This document shows positions 38,446 through 49,934 of a DNA stretch of 64,000 nucleotides, in pieces. The DNA comes from Callorhinchus milii (taxonomy: Eukaryota). The first letter of the stretch is position 1; every line of letters begins with the position of its first letter. The translations under genes and the position numbers were made by a program. The DNA is taken from NCBI RefSeq assembly GCF_018977255.1, contig NW_024704742.1, positions 91,390,001 through 91,454,000 of the forward strand. Reading direction: 5' to 3'. Under the pieces are notes generated by a model. It had not been told where the DNA came from, searched no databases, and saw only the letters and a list, made by a program, of their open reading frames with translations.

Positions 38446-38880
38446 ATAATAATAGTCCTTGCATTTGAGACAGCACCTTTCATGTTAGCAGGGCATCCCA
38501 AAGTGCTTCACAAATTTATTTAAAGTGTAGTGACTATATTTTGCAGGCAAACAGGTTTGTCAATTTGCGCACAGCAGTGTCCTTCAAATAGCCATAAAGT
38601 GAATGACCAATTTTATCCAGGGGATTGTTGGCTAGGACACCAGGAGAAACTTCCTTCTCTTTTCCAATAGTGCTATGGGATCTTTAACGTCCACCTGAAC
38701 AGACAAACGCTACCTCGGTTTAATGTCTCACCTGAAGAACAGCATCTTTGACAATGCTACAACCCTCACCTCTGCATTGAAGGGTCAGCTGAGACTGGGA
38801 GCTTAAAGTTCCAACGTGGGGCTCGAACCCACAATGTTTTGACTCTGAGGCAAGTGCAACCAACTCGGTCAGGCTGACAC
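38446..38880 (-). mobile_element. Deu-domain SINE, near full length
   Basis: Colinear reverse complement of 18653-19100, including the head gtgtcagcctgaccgagttggttgcacttgcctcagagtc...gggttcgagcccc. Confidence 0.82.
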
Positions 38881-39197
38881 GTGTTTTCAGGCAGAGGGGT
38901 CTAATTTGCAAGTTGTGTAAACCATCATTTAATTAACAACCAATAAAAATGTGTAGCGTGAAGCGTAGGGCAAGGAAGAATTATGGGCTTTTCAGAGGAG
39001 GTATGAGGTAATGGTTTGTGGTTTCAAACTGTAAACACTTCACAAACAGACGTCTATGTAAATGTTTACCAGATGAGAAAATAATCTCTTTGTATCTGAA
39101 TGAATTTGCTATGGGACAGCTAATGTGTAACAGATAAATTGAATTATCGAATGAACCTATTCACCTTTGGACAAATTGACATTTTGAAGTATTCTAA

Positions 39198-39565
39198 ATA
39201 ATAATCCTTGCATTTGATATTGCGCCTTTCGTGTCTCAAATTGCTTCACAGGATTTACTGTCAAGTGTAGTAACTGTACATTTGTAGACAAACACAGCAG
39301 CCAATTTGCGCACAGCAGTGAACTAACAAACAGCCATGAAGTGAATGATCAATTTTACTGGGAGTGACTAATTTTTCTTTTTGAATAGTGCCATTGGATC
39401 TTTAATGTGCACCTGACTAGGATCTTTAATCTGCACCTGAATAGGCAGACAGGACCTCATCTTAACTGTGAGCTCAAAGTCCTGACGTAGCCCACAAAGT
39501 CCTGACAAAGCCCACAACTTGTTGACTCAGAAATGAAAGTACTAATGAACTGAGCCATCCTGCCA
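39198..39565 (-). mobile_element. Deu-domain SINE with small internal tandem duplications
   Basis: Same family. ggatctttaat(g/c)tgcacctga appears twice and aaagtcctgac...gcccaca appears twice. Confidence 0.75.
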
Positions 39566-40074
39566 TAAATTGACAAGTGTAAGAATACACGTGCTTTTTT
39601 TTCCTACTCCTCTCTTGGTGTTCCCTTTTTCAATAGTTTAATTGCATCTGAAGGAAAGGCAAGAATGATCTAGGTTTGGTTTAATGTCTTATTTAAAAGA
39701 CCCTCACCTGGGACTAAATCTGAGTGACAGCCTAGGCTATGAACTCAAGTGCCAATGTAGGGCTACAAACCAAAATCTTCTGTCCCAAGGCAAAAGCACT
39801 ACCAACTGATCCAAGCTGACATCTGTACCAATATTCTGGGTTTCATCTGAAATCAGGAGTCCAAGATGGAAGGTCTAATGCATTGAACCTTCAATCTGCA
39901 AAATTTAGATGCTTTCTGAGGGAATTCTGACAACATAACTCCTAGCAGGTTTGAGCACAGTAGAATTCATTTTATGTTCTATTTTAAAATGTCAGCATAG
40001 TTCCCCAAAGGCCTCATGAGTAAAAGCACCGGCTGACCCAGGACTCAAAGTCAAGGACAGAAATTATGTTCTTC

Positions 40075-40704
40075 ACTCCTGTGGATCTAAACTCCTCAAC
40101 CTCCCTGGGTTCTTCCTCAGACGCACCGAACCAGTGCGCAACCTAGGTGTCCGGTTCGACCCCCAGCTGTCCTTCCTCCGCCACATCTGGTCCCTGATCA
40201 GGACCGCCTTCTTCCACCTCCCCCATATTGCCTGCCTCTGACTGTACCTTACCCCAAATGCAACTGAAATCCTCGTGCATGAATTGTCACCTCCCACTTG
40301 GATTACTCAAACGTACTCCTCGCCGATCTCCCCAACTCCACCATTCACAAGATCCAGCTCATTCAAAACTCTGCTGCCCACGTACTGACCCGGACCAAAC
40401 TCCATACCCATATCTCACCAGTTCTGGCCAGGCTCCACTGGCTCCCCATCACCAAACGGATCGACTTCAAGATCTTCACACTCCCTACCTCCCCGACCTC
40501 CTCACACCCCAATCCACCACCCGGGGACTCCGCTCGACTGGCACCAGCCTCCTGCTCGTCCCTCACATTGCCGCCCCACCATTGGAGGTTGTGCTTTCAG
40601 CCACTACTCCCCAAAACTCTGGAACACTCTCTCTCCGCCCCGTTACGCTATCTGAGACGCTACCCTGCATGGAGGGCGCTAAATAATTGCAAGCTGTTGT
40701 TGTT
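40075..40704 (+). mobile_element. L2 LINE fragment (second subfamily)
   Basis: ORF 40298 reads DYSNVLLADLPNSTIHKIQLIQNSAAHVLTRTKLHTHISPVLARLHWLPITKRIDFKI; tail ...gcaagctgttgttgtt; very similar to the 59.3-60.4 kb copy. Confidence 0.92.
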
Positions 40705-42664
40705 CAATACTCAGTCTCAATAGAGTGAGCGGGTCACAATCTGGGGGGGAGGTTGGAGCATTACAATTCGCCTCATTGCCTCTCGAGCTAAGAGAGGAGA
40801 AAGACAGTCATGATGCGCCCTGCCCCTGCTGGTGAGTGGATGTCGGGTAATGACAAGTGTGGAGATTGGAGGTCGAATAGCCATCAGCTCTCATTGTAAG
40901 GCTCACATGTGAATAATAGCTACTTGGATGAGGTACCAGATGGCACCTGTGGAACTGAACCTCAATAGAGTGAACTGTATTTCAATAGTCAAATTGCTTT
41001 GAGGGTGTTAAAATACAATGCGGTATGCAGTGCGATGTGCACAGATTGTTGCTCACTGGAGATAAAGAAGCACCACCACAGCTCCTGCGATGTATCATAT
41101 TTATCGAATCTATGGCAGAGGCAAATTTCAGAGGGTTTGGGGAAAAAAACGGAGCTTTATTACCATTTGCCACCGTGGATTGATCACTCAATCCACGTCT
41201 GTTTGTGGGACATTGCTGTGTGCAATTGGCTGCTGCGTTTCACCCACAAAATATACAGTCAATTTACTTTACAGTGTATTCTGTGAAGGATTTGAGACAT
41301 CTTGAAGACGCGAAGACTATCATATGATTATTATCTCAAAATCTCCATGATTTTAAGAATTAGGAGCAGGAGTAGGCCATTTGGAGGCACTTTTTGAATT
41401 TAAAAAGAAGTGTAGATTTTTTAAATGTGTAAATATGATGCCCTTTGTTTCAGAAAGAACAGTTACCATATAGGTGTGTTTCTAATGTGGTCATTCAAGC
41501 TAGAAATTCAGGGTATATCGTACATCCACACCAACCCCATCACAGTGCACCTCAGTATCGCATTGTACCATCCACCTGTATATTGGGAGTGTGGTACACA
41601 TTGAGCTCTGACTGTCCGGCTTCCTACAAAATAATGTTAGCAGCAACCTGACCACTGAGCAAGTGCTCATTTTTATAACGTGCCTCATTATAACACTGGC
41701 TCTCGGTTTCTGGACCCAAACAATCACTTGGTCAGCCTGTTGTAGTAGGCAGAAAACCCATGGATTATTGTGGGAATCCATGGAGCGAATGACTTCACAG
41801 CTTTTCCGTCACTCTTGTGTATAATTTTTAAATAACATATACTGTAAGGTTGACGGGGAAGGGTTAATAAATTCAGGCTTGCGCTTTGCAGGTGTTTTGG
41901 TTGGTGCCGGAAGCCAATGAGCTCCTGGATGCTGCCTGATTTGATCTGAACTGAAGGATTGAAGTCTGTGATTTAATTGTTCAAGGTTTAGCCGTAATCT
42001 GCGGTTGATCACCAGGGAAACGATGGTCAGTATATATTATATCTGCTCGAGTGGACAGAACTGTTAAGTATCTCAACTGGTATTAATGGATGTCATCGGT
42101 GCTGATGCATTCTAACCAGGCCCCAAAATGGAAATATATTGCTGTGGGCAAGAAACAAGGGAGGGCCTGGAGCGGAAGTCATCAGCGGGTCACGCATCAC
42201 AAGACCTTAAATTACCCCAGCGGGGCAGTCGATGGCACCCAACGGGGTGTCAAGCACTGGATGCTTCTGTTGCCTGACAGGGCCTGGAACAGAACCGTGA
42301 TCAGAATCCAATGAAAGACACACAAGTCGGGCCGATTGCAGCATGGGTTTGTGCCTCCTTTACCTTTCTCCCCAGGGAGAGTGTGCGCTCAGTGAGAGAA
42401 CTCCTCCCTCTCTCCCGCTCCTATTAAGATCAACTACTCCACTCCCCCTCCCCGATATCAATAGTATGGAGCTTGGAATATCTTCCTGCTTTGATTGAGT
42501 GCATTATACTGCTCGCTACAAACCACTCAGAACTTGCTTTGGCTGTTGTGTCCCTGCCAATATCAAGGTAGTTTCAAGTTAAACATCTCCCCTCCATCTC
42601 TGAAAGGTGTGCTGCAAGTGTACTTTCTGCTCTTAGAAGGAGGGCTGGATTGGGTGAAATGGTA

Positions 42665-43040
42665 AACAACAACAACTTGGATTTATATAGCGTCCTTCAC
42701 ACGGAGTAGCGTCCCAGAGCGCTTGTCAGCGGTGGAGTCTGACCCCGAGTCAGGGGGAGAGGGAGTGGGGAGGTGATGATCAAAAAAGAAGGTGTTTAGG
42801 TGGGATTTGAAAGTGGGGAGGGAGTGGGCAAGGCGGAGGGATTGAGGGAGAGGGGTCCACAGTTTTGGGGCGTAGTGGTTGAAGGAGTGGAGGGGATGAG
42901 GGACGAACAGGAGGCTGGAGCCAGCTGAGCGGAGGCACAGGATGGCAAAGTGGTGGGTAAGCAAATCGGATGTAGGGAGGTATGAGGACATGAAGGGATT
43001 TGAAAATGAGTGAGAGGATCTTGAAATCGAAAACCTGTAC
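42665..43040 (-). mobile_element. L2 LINE 3' fragment
   Basis: Minus ORF includes SFNHYAPKLWTPLPQSLRLAHSLPTFKSHLNTFFF; (ttg)n tail. Confidence 0.85.
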
Positions 43041-43204
43041 TCCAGTCCAGGGAAACACATGTGTATTTTTTTTAACTGCAATTGTTCCTAAATCTTCATT
43101 AACATCCCAACTAAATTGCTGGGTAATGAAACATTAGAAGATGGTATCAAAGGGCTTTCAAATTAAGCTGTAAAGTTACCCTTTTTTTAAAAAAAATGCA
43201 GAGA

Positions 43205-43500
43205 TAGGGCTCACATTCTCGGGTGACACTCCAGTGAAGTGCTAAGAGGAGCTGTTGGAGGTGTCGTCCTTCAGATGAGATATTGAATTGAGATTTATCT
43301 GTACACAAACCTCCCATGACACTGTTTAAAAAGTTCCTCCCATGGTCCTGGCCAATAATTCCCAGATAAATTGGTAATTCCCTTTATGGCTGTTTGTGGG
43401 ACATTGATGTGTGTAAATTGGCTGTTACTTTTCCCAACACAGTCACTAACTTTCCAGAAAAACTGAATTTCTTAAACTCTTGATCAACTTGATAAGATGC
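43205..43500 (+). mobile_element. Degraded Deu-domain SINE
   Basis: ggaggtgtcgtccttcagatgagatattg...cccatgacactgttt...ggtcctggccaataattccc...ggctgtttgtgggacattg. Confidence 0.7.
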
Positions 43501-43699
43501 TTCTTGCATCATGTAATTATACATTGGTTATCAGGAGCACACACTGATGTGTAGTAGAAAATGTATGTTGCATTATGGAAAGTATTTTATTTGAAAAAGT
43601 GCTTTATTAGTATTGGTGGAAATCTTTTGTTTCTGATTTTCATCGGATAATATTGACAACTGGTTCAATTCAATCTTCTAATCTAACTCCAGCTAATAA

Positions 43700-44018
43700 C
43701 CTGCCCTTGCCTTATCCCCATATCCCTTAATCCCTTTTGCAATAAGAAACATATCTATCTCAGTCTTAAATATGTTCAAGGACTGAGCGTCAACAGCCCT
43801 TTGGGGTAGTGAGGTCCATACATTACCCACCCTTTGAGTGAAGAAGTTCTTCCTCAACGCAGTGCGAAAGGGCTGGCCTCTGATTTTAAGGTTGTGACCC
43901 CTCCCACTATCTACTCTATCATGCCCTTTGATGATCTTATAGGTTTCTGTAAGATCCCCTCTAATTCTTCTATATTCTAGAGAATATAGGCCCTAATTGG
44001 TCAGCCTATCCTCATAAC
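43700..44018 (-). mobile_element. CR1 LINE 3' fragment
   Basis: Reverse complement contains ttgaggaagaacttcttcactcaaagggtgg...aagactgagatagatatgtttctta...aagggatatgggg, typical of the CR1 ORF2 end. Confidence 0.8.
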
Positions 44019-44022
44019 GCAT

Positions 44023-44192
44023 ATGATATTAGTAACGTGGAGATGATTATTTTCTGTTTCCCTTATAATGTCCAGTACTGGTGATATGTGTAGACAGTAA
44101 TTTTCTATCTCCCTGATAGTATGCTGTATTGCTGATATGTATGGATGATCATTTTCTGTCTCCCTGTTGGGGTACAATATTAGTGATGTGTA
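44023..44192. repeat. Degenerate 51-bp tandem repeat, about 3.3 units
   Basis: attttct(g/a)t(t/c)tccct recurs at 44049, 44100 and 44151, i.e. exactly 51 nt apart. Confidence 0.85.
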
Positions 44193-44703
44193 CTGTAGTA
44201 TTTACAATTCAGAATGTGTGGCTGGAGGAATTACAAGGCTATCGAACTTTAGCTTTTCTCACATGTGCGCAAATTTACATTACTTTACAGTACATCCAGT
44301 GAGGCTCTTTGAGAGATTTTGATGACCCGATAAGGCACTTTGTTGAGGGTACACAGCATCGTCAGAACTGCTGTCTATCAAATAAGACAATAAACTGTCT
44401 GCATGTGGTTACTGGACTAGATAGTAAGTACTTTGAAGCACTGCAAGATACTTTGATGTGGTAAGTCTCTGGTAGCAAAAATGTAAGGGATAGTATTAGA
44501 TGTATTTTCATATAAAAGAATATACTTGTGCACTCCAGTGGAGTGGCCTGTAACATAGCATGTGTGAAGCTGGTAGTGGATCCAGGAAATGTTGGGTCTT
44601 CATTGGGGTGGGGAAGAGGAGGAGGAGGAAAGCTGAGTCAGCAAGCAATGTAATATAAAATGCCTCTTTAAGTCTTTCATTTACCCCTATTCTCTCTTTG
44701 CAG

Positions 44704-44906
44704 GAATTCCCTTTCCCAAGAACTTTCTGCAGATCTGCAAGAAGATTCTCTGTCGACTCTTTCGAGTCTTTGTTCACGTTTACATTCACCACTTTGATCG
44801 GATCAGCACCATGGGAGCAGAGGCACACGTCAACACCTGTTATAAGCACTTTTATTACTTTGTAACAGAGTTTAACCTGGTAGACCGCAAGGAATTAGAA
44901 CCATTG
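44704..44906 (+). CDS. MOB3B: MOB3B second coding exon
   Basis: Acceptor tctctctttgcag|ga; reads (G)[67 protein letters not shown]; donor ttg|gtatgt. 203 nt, and 418+203=621 keeps frame. Not listed in the ORF track. Confidence 0.97.
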
Positions 44907-44992
44907 GTATGTATCTGAACAAAACCCACTCTCTTTAACACGTCGCATATTCTCTGCCATTCTTTTATCCTGCAATCAGTTAGCTGCCACAC

Positions 44993-45253
44993 AACATAAG
45001 AATTAGGAGCAGGAGTAGGCCATTCGGCCTCTCGAGCCTGCCCTGCAATGCTTCCATCACCCTTTCAGGCAATTCATTCCAGATCCGAACTGTGTGAAAA
45101 ATTTCTTCTCACCTCCACTCTGTTTCTTTTAACAACTATTTTAAATCAGTGTCCTTGGGTTACCGACCTACCCACCAGTGGAAATAGTTTCTCCTTGTTC
45201 ACCCTATCAAAACCCCTCATAATTTTGAAAACTTCTATTAAGTTTCCTCTTAA
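44993..45253 (-). mobile_element. CR1 LINE 3' end with an internal deletion
   Basis: acataagaattaggagcaggagtaggccattcggcc is the reverse complement of the CR1 terminus seen at about 34760-34794. Confidence 0.82.
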
Positions 45254-45255
45254 TT

Positions 45256-45880
45256 TTGGTGTATTGTTTGACCCTCAACTATCCTTTCTACCCCGCATCT
45301 GTGCCATGACCCGCTCTGCCTACCTCCATCTCCGCAACCTCGCCCAGCTCCGCCACTGTCTCACACCACATGCCGCCGAAAGCTTCATACACGCTTTCAT
45401 AACATCCAGGCTCGACTATGCAAATTCCTTGCTTGTCGGCCTCCCCAACTCCTCCCCCATAGACTGCAGATCATCCAGAACTCTGCAGCCTGTGTCCTCT
45501 CCCGTACCAGGTTCCGCAACCCTATCACCCTCATCTTCGCCCGACTCCGCTGGCTTCCCATCACATAGAGGAGAGTTCAAGATCCTGGCCCTCACCTTCA
45601 AAGACCTCCATGGCCCTGCTCCCCCTTATCTCTGCAAATTCCTAACCCCCTCCCTCTGCTCAGTGGGCTCTGGCCTCCTTCACGTCCGCCGCCTCACCCA
45701 CCCCACCATTGTTGATGCCACTCTGCCCCCACCCTCTGGAACTCCATCCCGCAGTCCCTCCGCCTCGTGCCCTCCCTTGCTTCCTTCAAGACCCAGCTCA
45801 AAAACCTCCTCTTCGACCATCCTTTGGAATATCCTGCTTGCCCCTCTGCCCTCCACCCTCCCCAATTCTTTCTCCCAGAA
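45256..45880 (+). mobile_element. L2 LINE fragment
   Basis: GVLFDPQLSFLPRICAMTRSAYLHLRNLAQLRHCLTPHAAESFIHAFITSRLDYANSLLVGLPN...FKILALTFKDLHGPAPPYL. Confidence 0.92.
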
Positions 45881-48800
45881 TGCAAAATGCATGTAATAAT
45901 ACCAATGAGAATTGTTACACTATGAATGATATATAACAACATATATATATATATATACACTCACACATACTTTTATATCTCCATAGATGAGACAAATTGT
46001 TCTTGCTCAGATTACCGTTCATTTACAGTAAAACTCCTGTGAACGATTTGAGACATTTTCCCAGTGTGAAAGGCGATATATCAAATGCCAGGATTATTAT
46101 TATTAACCTCTGTGCTATCATTTGGTGGATTGTTGAGTTATAAGTGGCTTTTAGCATTGTTATACTGAGCAGTGTAGCCAGTATTCCTAGTGTTTGTGAT
46201 AAAGTCCTGTCTGCAGTGTGAGATATTTAAACAGTGGGGTCTAAGTTGTGCAAAATAACAAAAGCATTCATACCAGTGAATCCCTTTGCGTCCTGGTTGA
46301 CCCTCCATCCTCCATTCCAACTTCTGTGAAGTCAGTGTCCTTGTGGTGTAACAGAGGGTCTTGTTACAAATCCTTCAGTGACTATCAATAACAAGATATA
46401 CAACGCCTTTCATGTCAGGATGACCTCCCAATGCTCTGGGCAGTCGAGGATTTGCATCAGAGCTGGGGTTTGGGATCAGGAGGGTTGAAGGGCGGGGGTA
46501 GGAGTATGACTCTTGTAATGTACAAAACTTGCATTTATAAAGCACCCCTCACGCATGATACCTTGTAAGTGGTGCTGGGTCTTTTGATCTGAAAATCATA
46601 TTATTAGCACTCCTCAAAATACTTTTAAAAATATTCCCTACCCACTTCCTGGAACAATGGTTGAGACCAGGGAAACTCTGATTCAAAACCCTATAAATGA
46701 CGTTTCAACACCACTGAACGGAAAACTAATTCAGTAAAGTTGGTTTCCTGTTAACAAAAAAACCCAAAAGATTTGCCTCAATCACAGAAGATCAGTAGTA
46801 GCTGTGGGGACTGAAATGGTCAGCAGGCAGCCTTGGGAGCAGCATGCTGAGTTGTTGTCTGAATAAGAGAAATATCTAATTTAACTTCATAAATGGAAAC
46901 TCACATCCAGTCCACCATAATAGACCTATTTGACAGGCGTATGCACACTGACGTAAAGTAAGGGATGAAGCTTGCAGGGATCAAGAATACATTAACACAA
47001 GGAACACGTTATGAAATGCCGCTAACTTTCTCCCCTGTGATATTCATTCAGTTGCTTAATGTCCACTACATGCTGTGTTGCTTGACAACAACTCGAGACT
47101 GAATTCTAGCCAGAGGTTTATGGAATCATTGGATTCCTTATAAATAAGTGAGTTACCAAGGAATGCAGCTGTGAAGACATTTTCTATACACTGTGGTTAA
47201 AAAANTAGATACTGACAACATTTTTGTACCACAGCCGATTTATTCATTCATTCAGAGATTCAATCTAAACAAAACTACAGAAAATGCTGAAACCCAAACC
47301 AACTTGGGATGGATGATTCGTGTCTTCATTCATTAGTGAGTTGACTGCAGTGTGCTGACCAGCTGGATGGCCAAGGTTTGGGACTAGATGAAGAAATCTG
47401 TACAATCATTGCACAGGTTCAAATTGTTATAGTATCAGGAGTTTTCAATCAGTGATTTCCAAGCAGTTGATAAACTGTTCGATACACAGAACTTTTACTT
47501 GGGTTGTCCATAGTGGCACATACCCATTGGGCCGAATGATCTCCTTTTGTGTGAAAATTTCTAGGTTTTATTCCCAACAATATAATATGGTTGCTTTCTC
47601 CCCTCCTCTTACCCCTCCTCGACCCCCCCCACATACAGATAATTTGAGTCTTCACCAAGTTATAAAACACTATTTCCACTATTATGTGCCACCCTATGGT
47701 GCCTTGGTTTAATGTCTCATCTGAAGTACGGCAGCTCCGTCAATGCTAAGATGAAGCTTGCTTCATCCAGTTTCAGGCCAAGAGATTTTGCAGGGCTCGG
47801 TTTACAGCTTTTATACCATCCAGGCTCTGCCCCCACCCTGCTCCTCAGGTAACAGTGAAATACCTTTTTGGAGTGAATTCATTGCCTAGCACAGGGCTGG
47901 CCAAGCTAGGACCTGTGAGCCAGTTCCAACACTTTGATAGGAGATGAGATCACCACAAAGACTGTTTGGCCAGCACTGACTGCTGCATTTTGCCCTCAAA
48001 ATACACTTTACAGTATATCCTGTGAAGCGCTTGAGACATCTCGTTGACATGCTAAAGCGCTATATCAAATGCAAGGATTATTATTATGCCAAACATTCGC
48101 ACCAGTATAGGTATGTCCATGTTCAATTAGTAGTGTGTTTCCAGGTTTTTTTGATTGAATATTTCTTGATTTGTGCCATAAATCAAGGAATATTCAATCA
48201 AGAACATTTAGTTTTAAATTTGTTACAATGATTTGCATTTATAAAGCAGCTTTCATGTTAAAAGCAGATGCCTTTCAAAGCACTTTACAAAAATAAAATG
48301 GATTAGCAGTGAAGTGAATGTTATACAAGTAAGCACAACAACTAATCTAAGCAAAGTCTCATAAACCACAGTGCAGCCAATTATATTTGGGGATGCATTT
48401 GGATTAGGAGGGCATATAAACCTTAATAACAGGAAGGAAGATTTCATTCCTTTGAAATAACAACGTTTACATTCATCAAGATCACAAGGCAGAACCTACT
48501 CCACAGAGAGTTATGCTGCTACATAAACAGGAACTTCAGACTGTTAGGGCAATTAAAGGCATCACTAAGTCTAAAAGAAGATTGTGAAGGATTAATCTGC
48601 CTCTAAAGACACCTTGCTAACAAATTGTGGTGCAAGAGACCACAGGAGAGATTTGGACAGGGTAGGCCCTTCAGTCCAGTTGAAATCATCCGTGCAGAAT
48701 ACCCATCCTAACATCTTCTCATTCCACAGTCATGCTGTCTTTTGAATAGGTCCAGTGACCTGATGGCTATCACTCTTCCTGGTAATTGGTTATGGGCAAT

Positions 48801-49354
48801 GATGGACTGGCTCCCTGAAAGGACTTTGGATTTTCATGGAGAAAGGAGGGCGTTGACTCTTGAGGTGCCAGTGTCAAAAAGCATAAAACAACACGCAAAG
48901 GTCCTCTCATATCAGTATCATCCGAACCCTGGCACAGAAGGCATAGGTCACCAAGGGCTTGGGTTGAGGGAAGCTGGCCGGATAGACGACAGTCTATTAC
49001 TAGTACACTAACCATCATATTGGCAGTCGCTCTGGTCTCCTCCAGGCTCCCCGGGTCTCCCACCATGTGGCAAGTCACGGTGTGAAATGCACTTGCTCAA
49101 GGAGAAAAGTAGCTGCTCCTGTGCTGGGTGGAAGAGCCCTAATGGCGCTCGTGCAATATTTCTCGATTTCCCAAATAGCCAGTCCACTCCTGAATCCAAC
49201 AGTTGATTAGCCTTTGTGTAAAGGGTACTTTCTGATACTTTTGGCCTCAACAACCCAGAAACAGTGACCTTAGGATGCCTGAAAATACAGTCATTATATT
49301 TTGCAGTAACTCCTGTGAAACGCTTTTGAGTTGTTTCAAAACAACTGTAGCCCT

Positions 49355-49661
49355 GAGTCCTGTAGCTCAGTGGTTAGAGCACTCGCCTTGCAAGCGAGAC
49401 ACCTGGGTTCAACTCCAGGCAGAAACCTTGGGCAAGTTTCCTTACTCCACACGCCTAATAATAATCCCTCCAAAACAAAACAATAATAAATTGGTTATTT
49501 TCAATCCACGACTGTTTGTGGTACACTGCCGTGCACAATTGGCTGCCGCATTTCACCCACAAATATACAGTCAATTCACTTTACAGCATATTCTGTGAAG
49601 CGCTTTGGGATGTCTAGAAGACGTGAAAAGCGCTATATCAAATGCAAGGATTATTATTATT
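49355..49661 (+). mobile_element. tRNA-derived SINE, short form
   Basis: Full head-to-tail copy ending in (att)n. Confidence 0.92.
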
Positions 49662-49684
49662 AACATAATGCGCTGTAAAACGTA

Positions 49685-49934
49685 TGGAGTCCTGTAGCTT
49701 AGTGGTTAGAGCACTCGCTCGCAAACAAGAGGACCTGGAGTTTGTTTCCTGGGCAGGGCAAAACCTGAGGCAAATTTCCTTACTCCACATGCCTCAGTTT
49801 ACCTAGCAGTAAATAGGAACCTGGTTGTTAGTTGATTGGTAGACCGCTTTTCCAGGGGGCAAAAATCCCTTTTTAAAAAAATTTGGTCACTCAATGCATG
49901 ACTGTTTGGGAAACACTGCTGTGTGCAATTGGCA
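49685..49934 (+). mobile_element. tRNA-derived SINE, long form, 3' truncated
   Basis: Begins about 24 nt after the previous copy; has the clearest CORE-like segment (ggcaaatttccttactccacatgcctcagtttacctagcagtaaatagg). Confidence 0.88.

Noticed and set aside
44508..44849. 113-aa minus-strand ORF
   Set aside because: Antisense shadow of the second MOB3B coding exon.
45048..45896. 282-aa ORF, the longest in the window
   Set aside because: A chance fusion of antisense CR1 and a frameshifted L2 ORF2 fragment, not a host gene.
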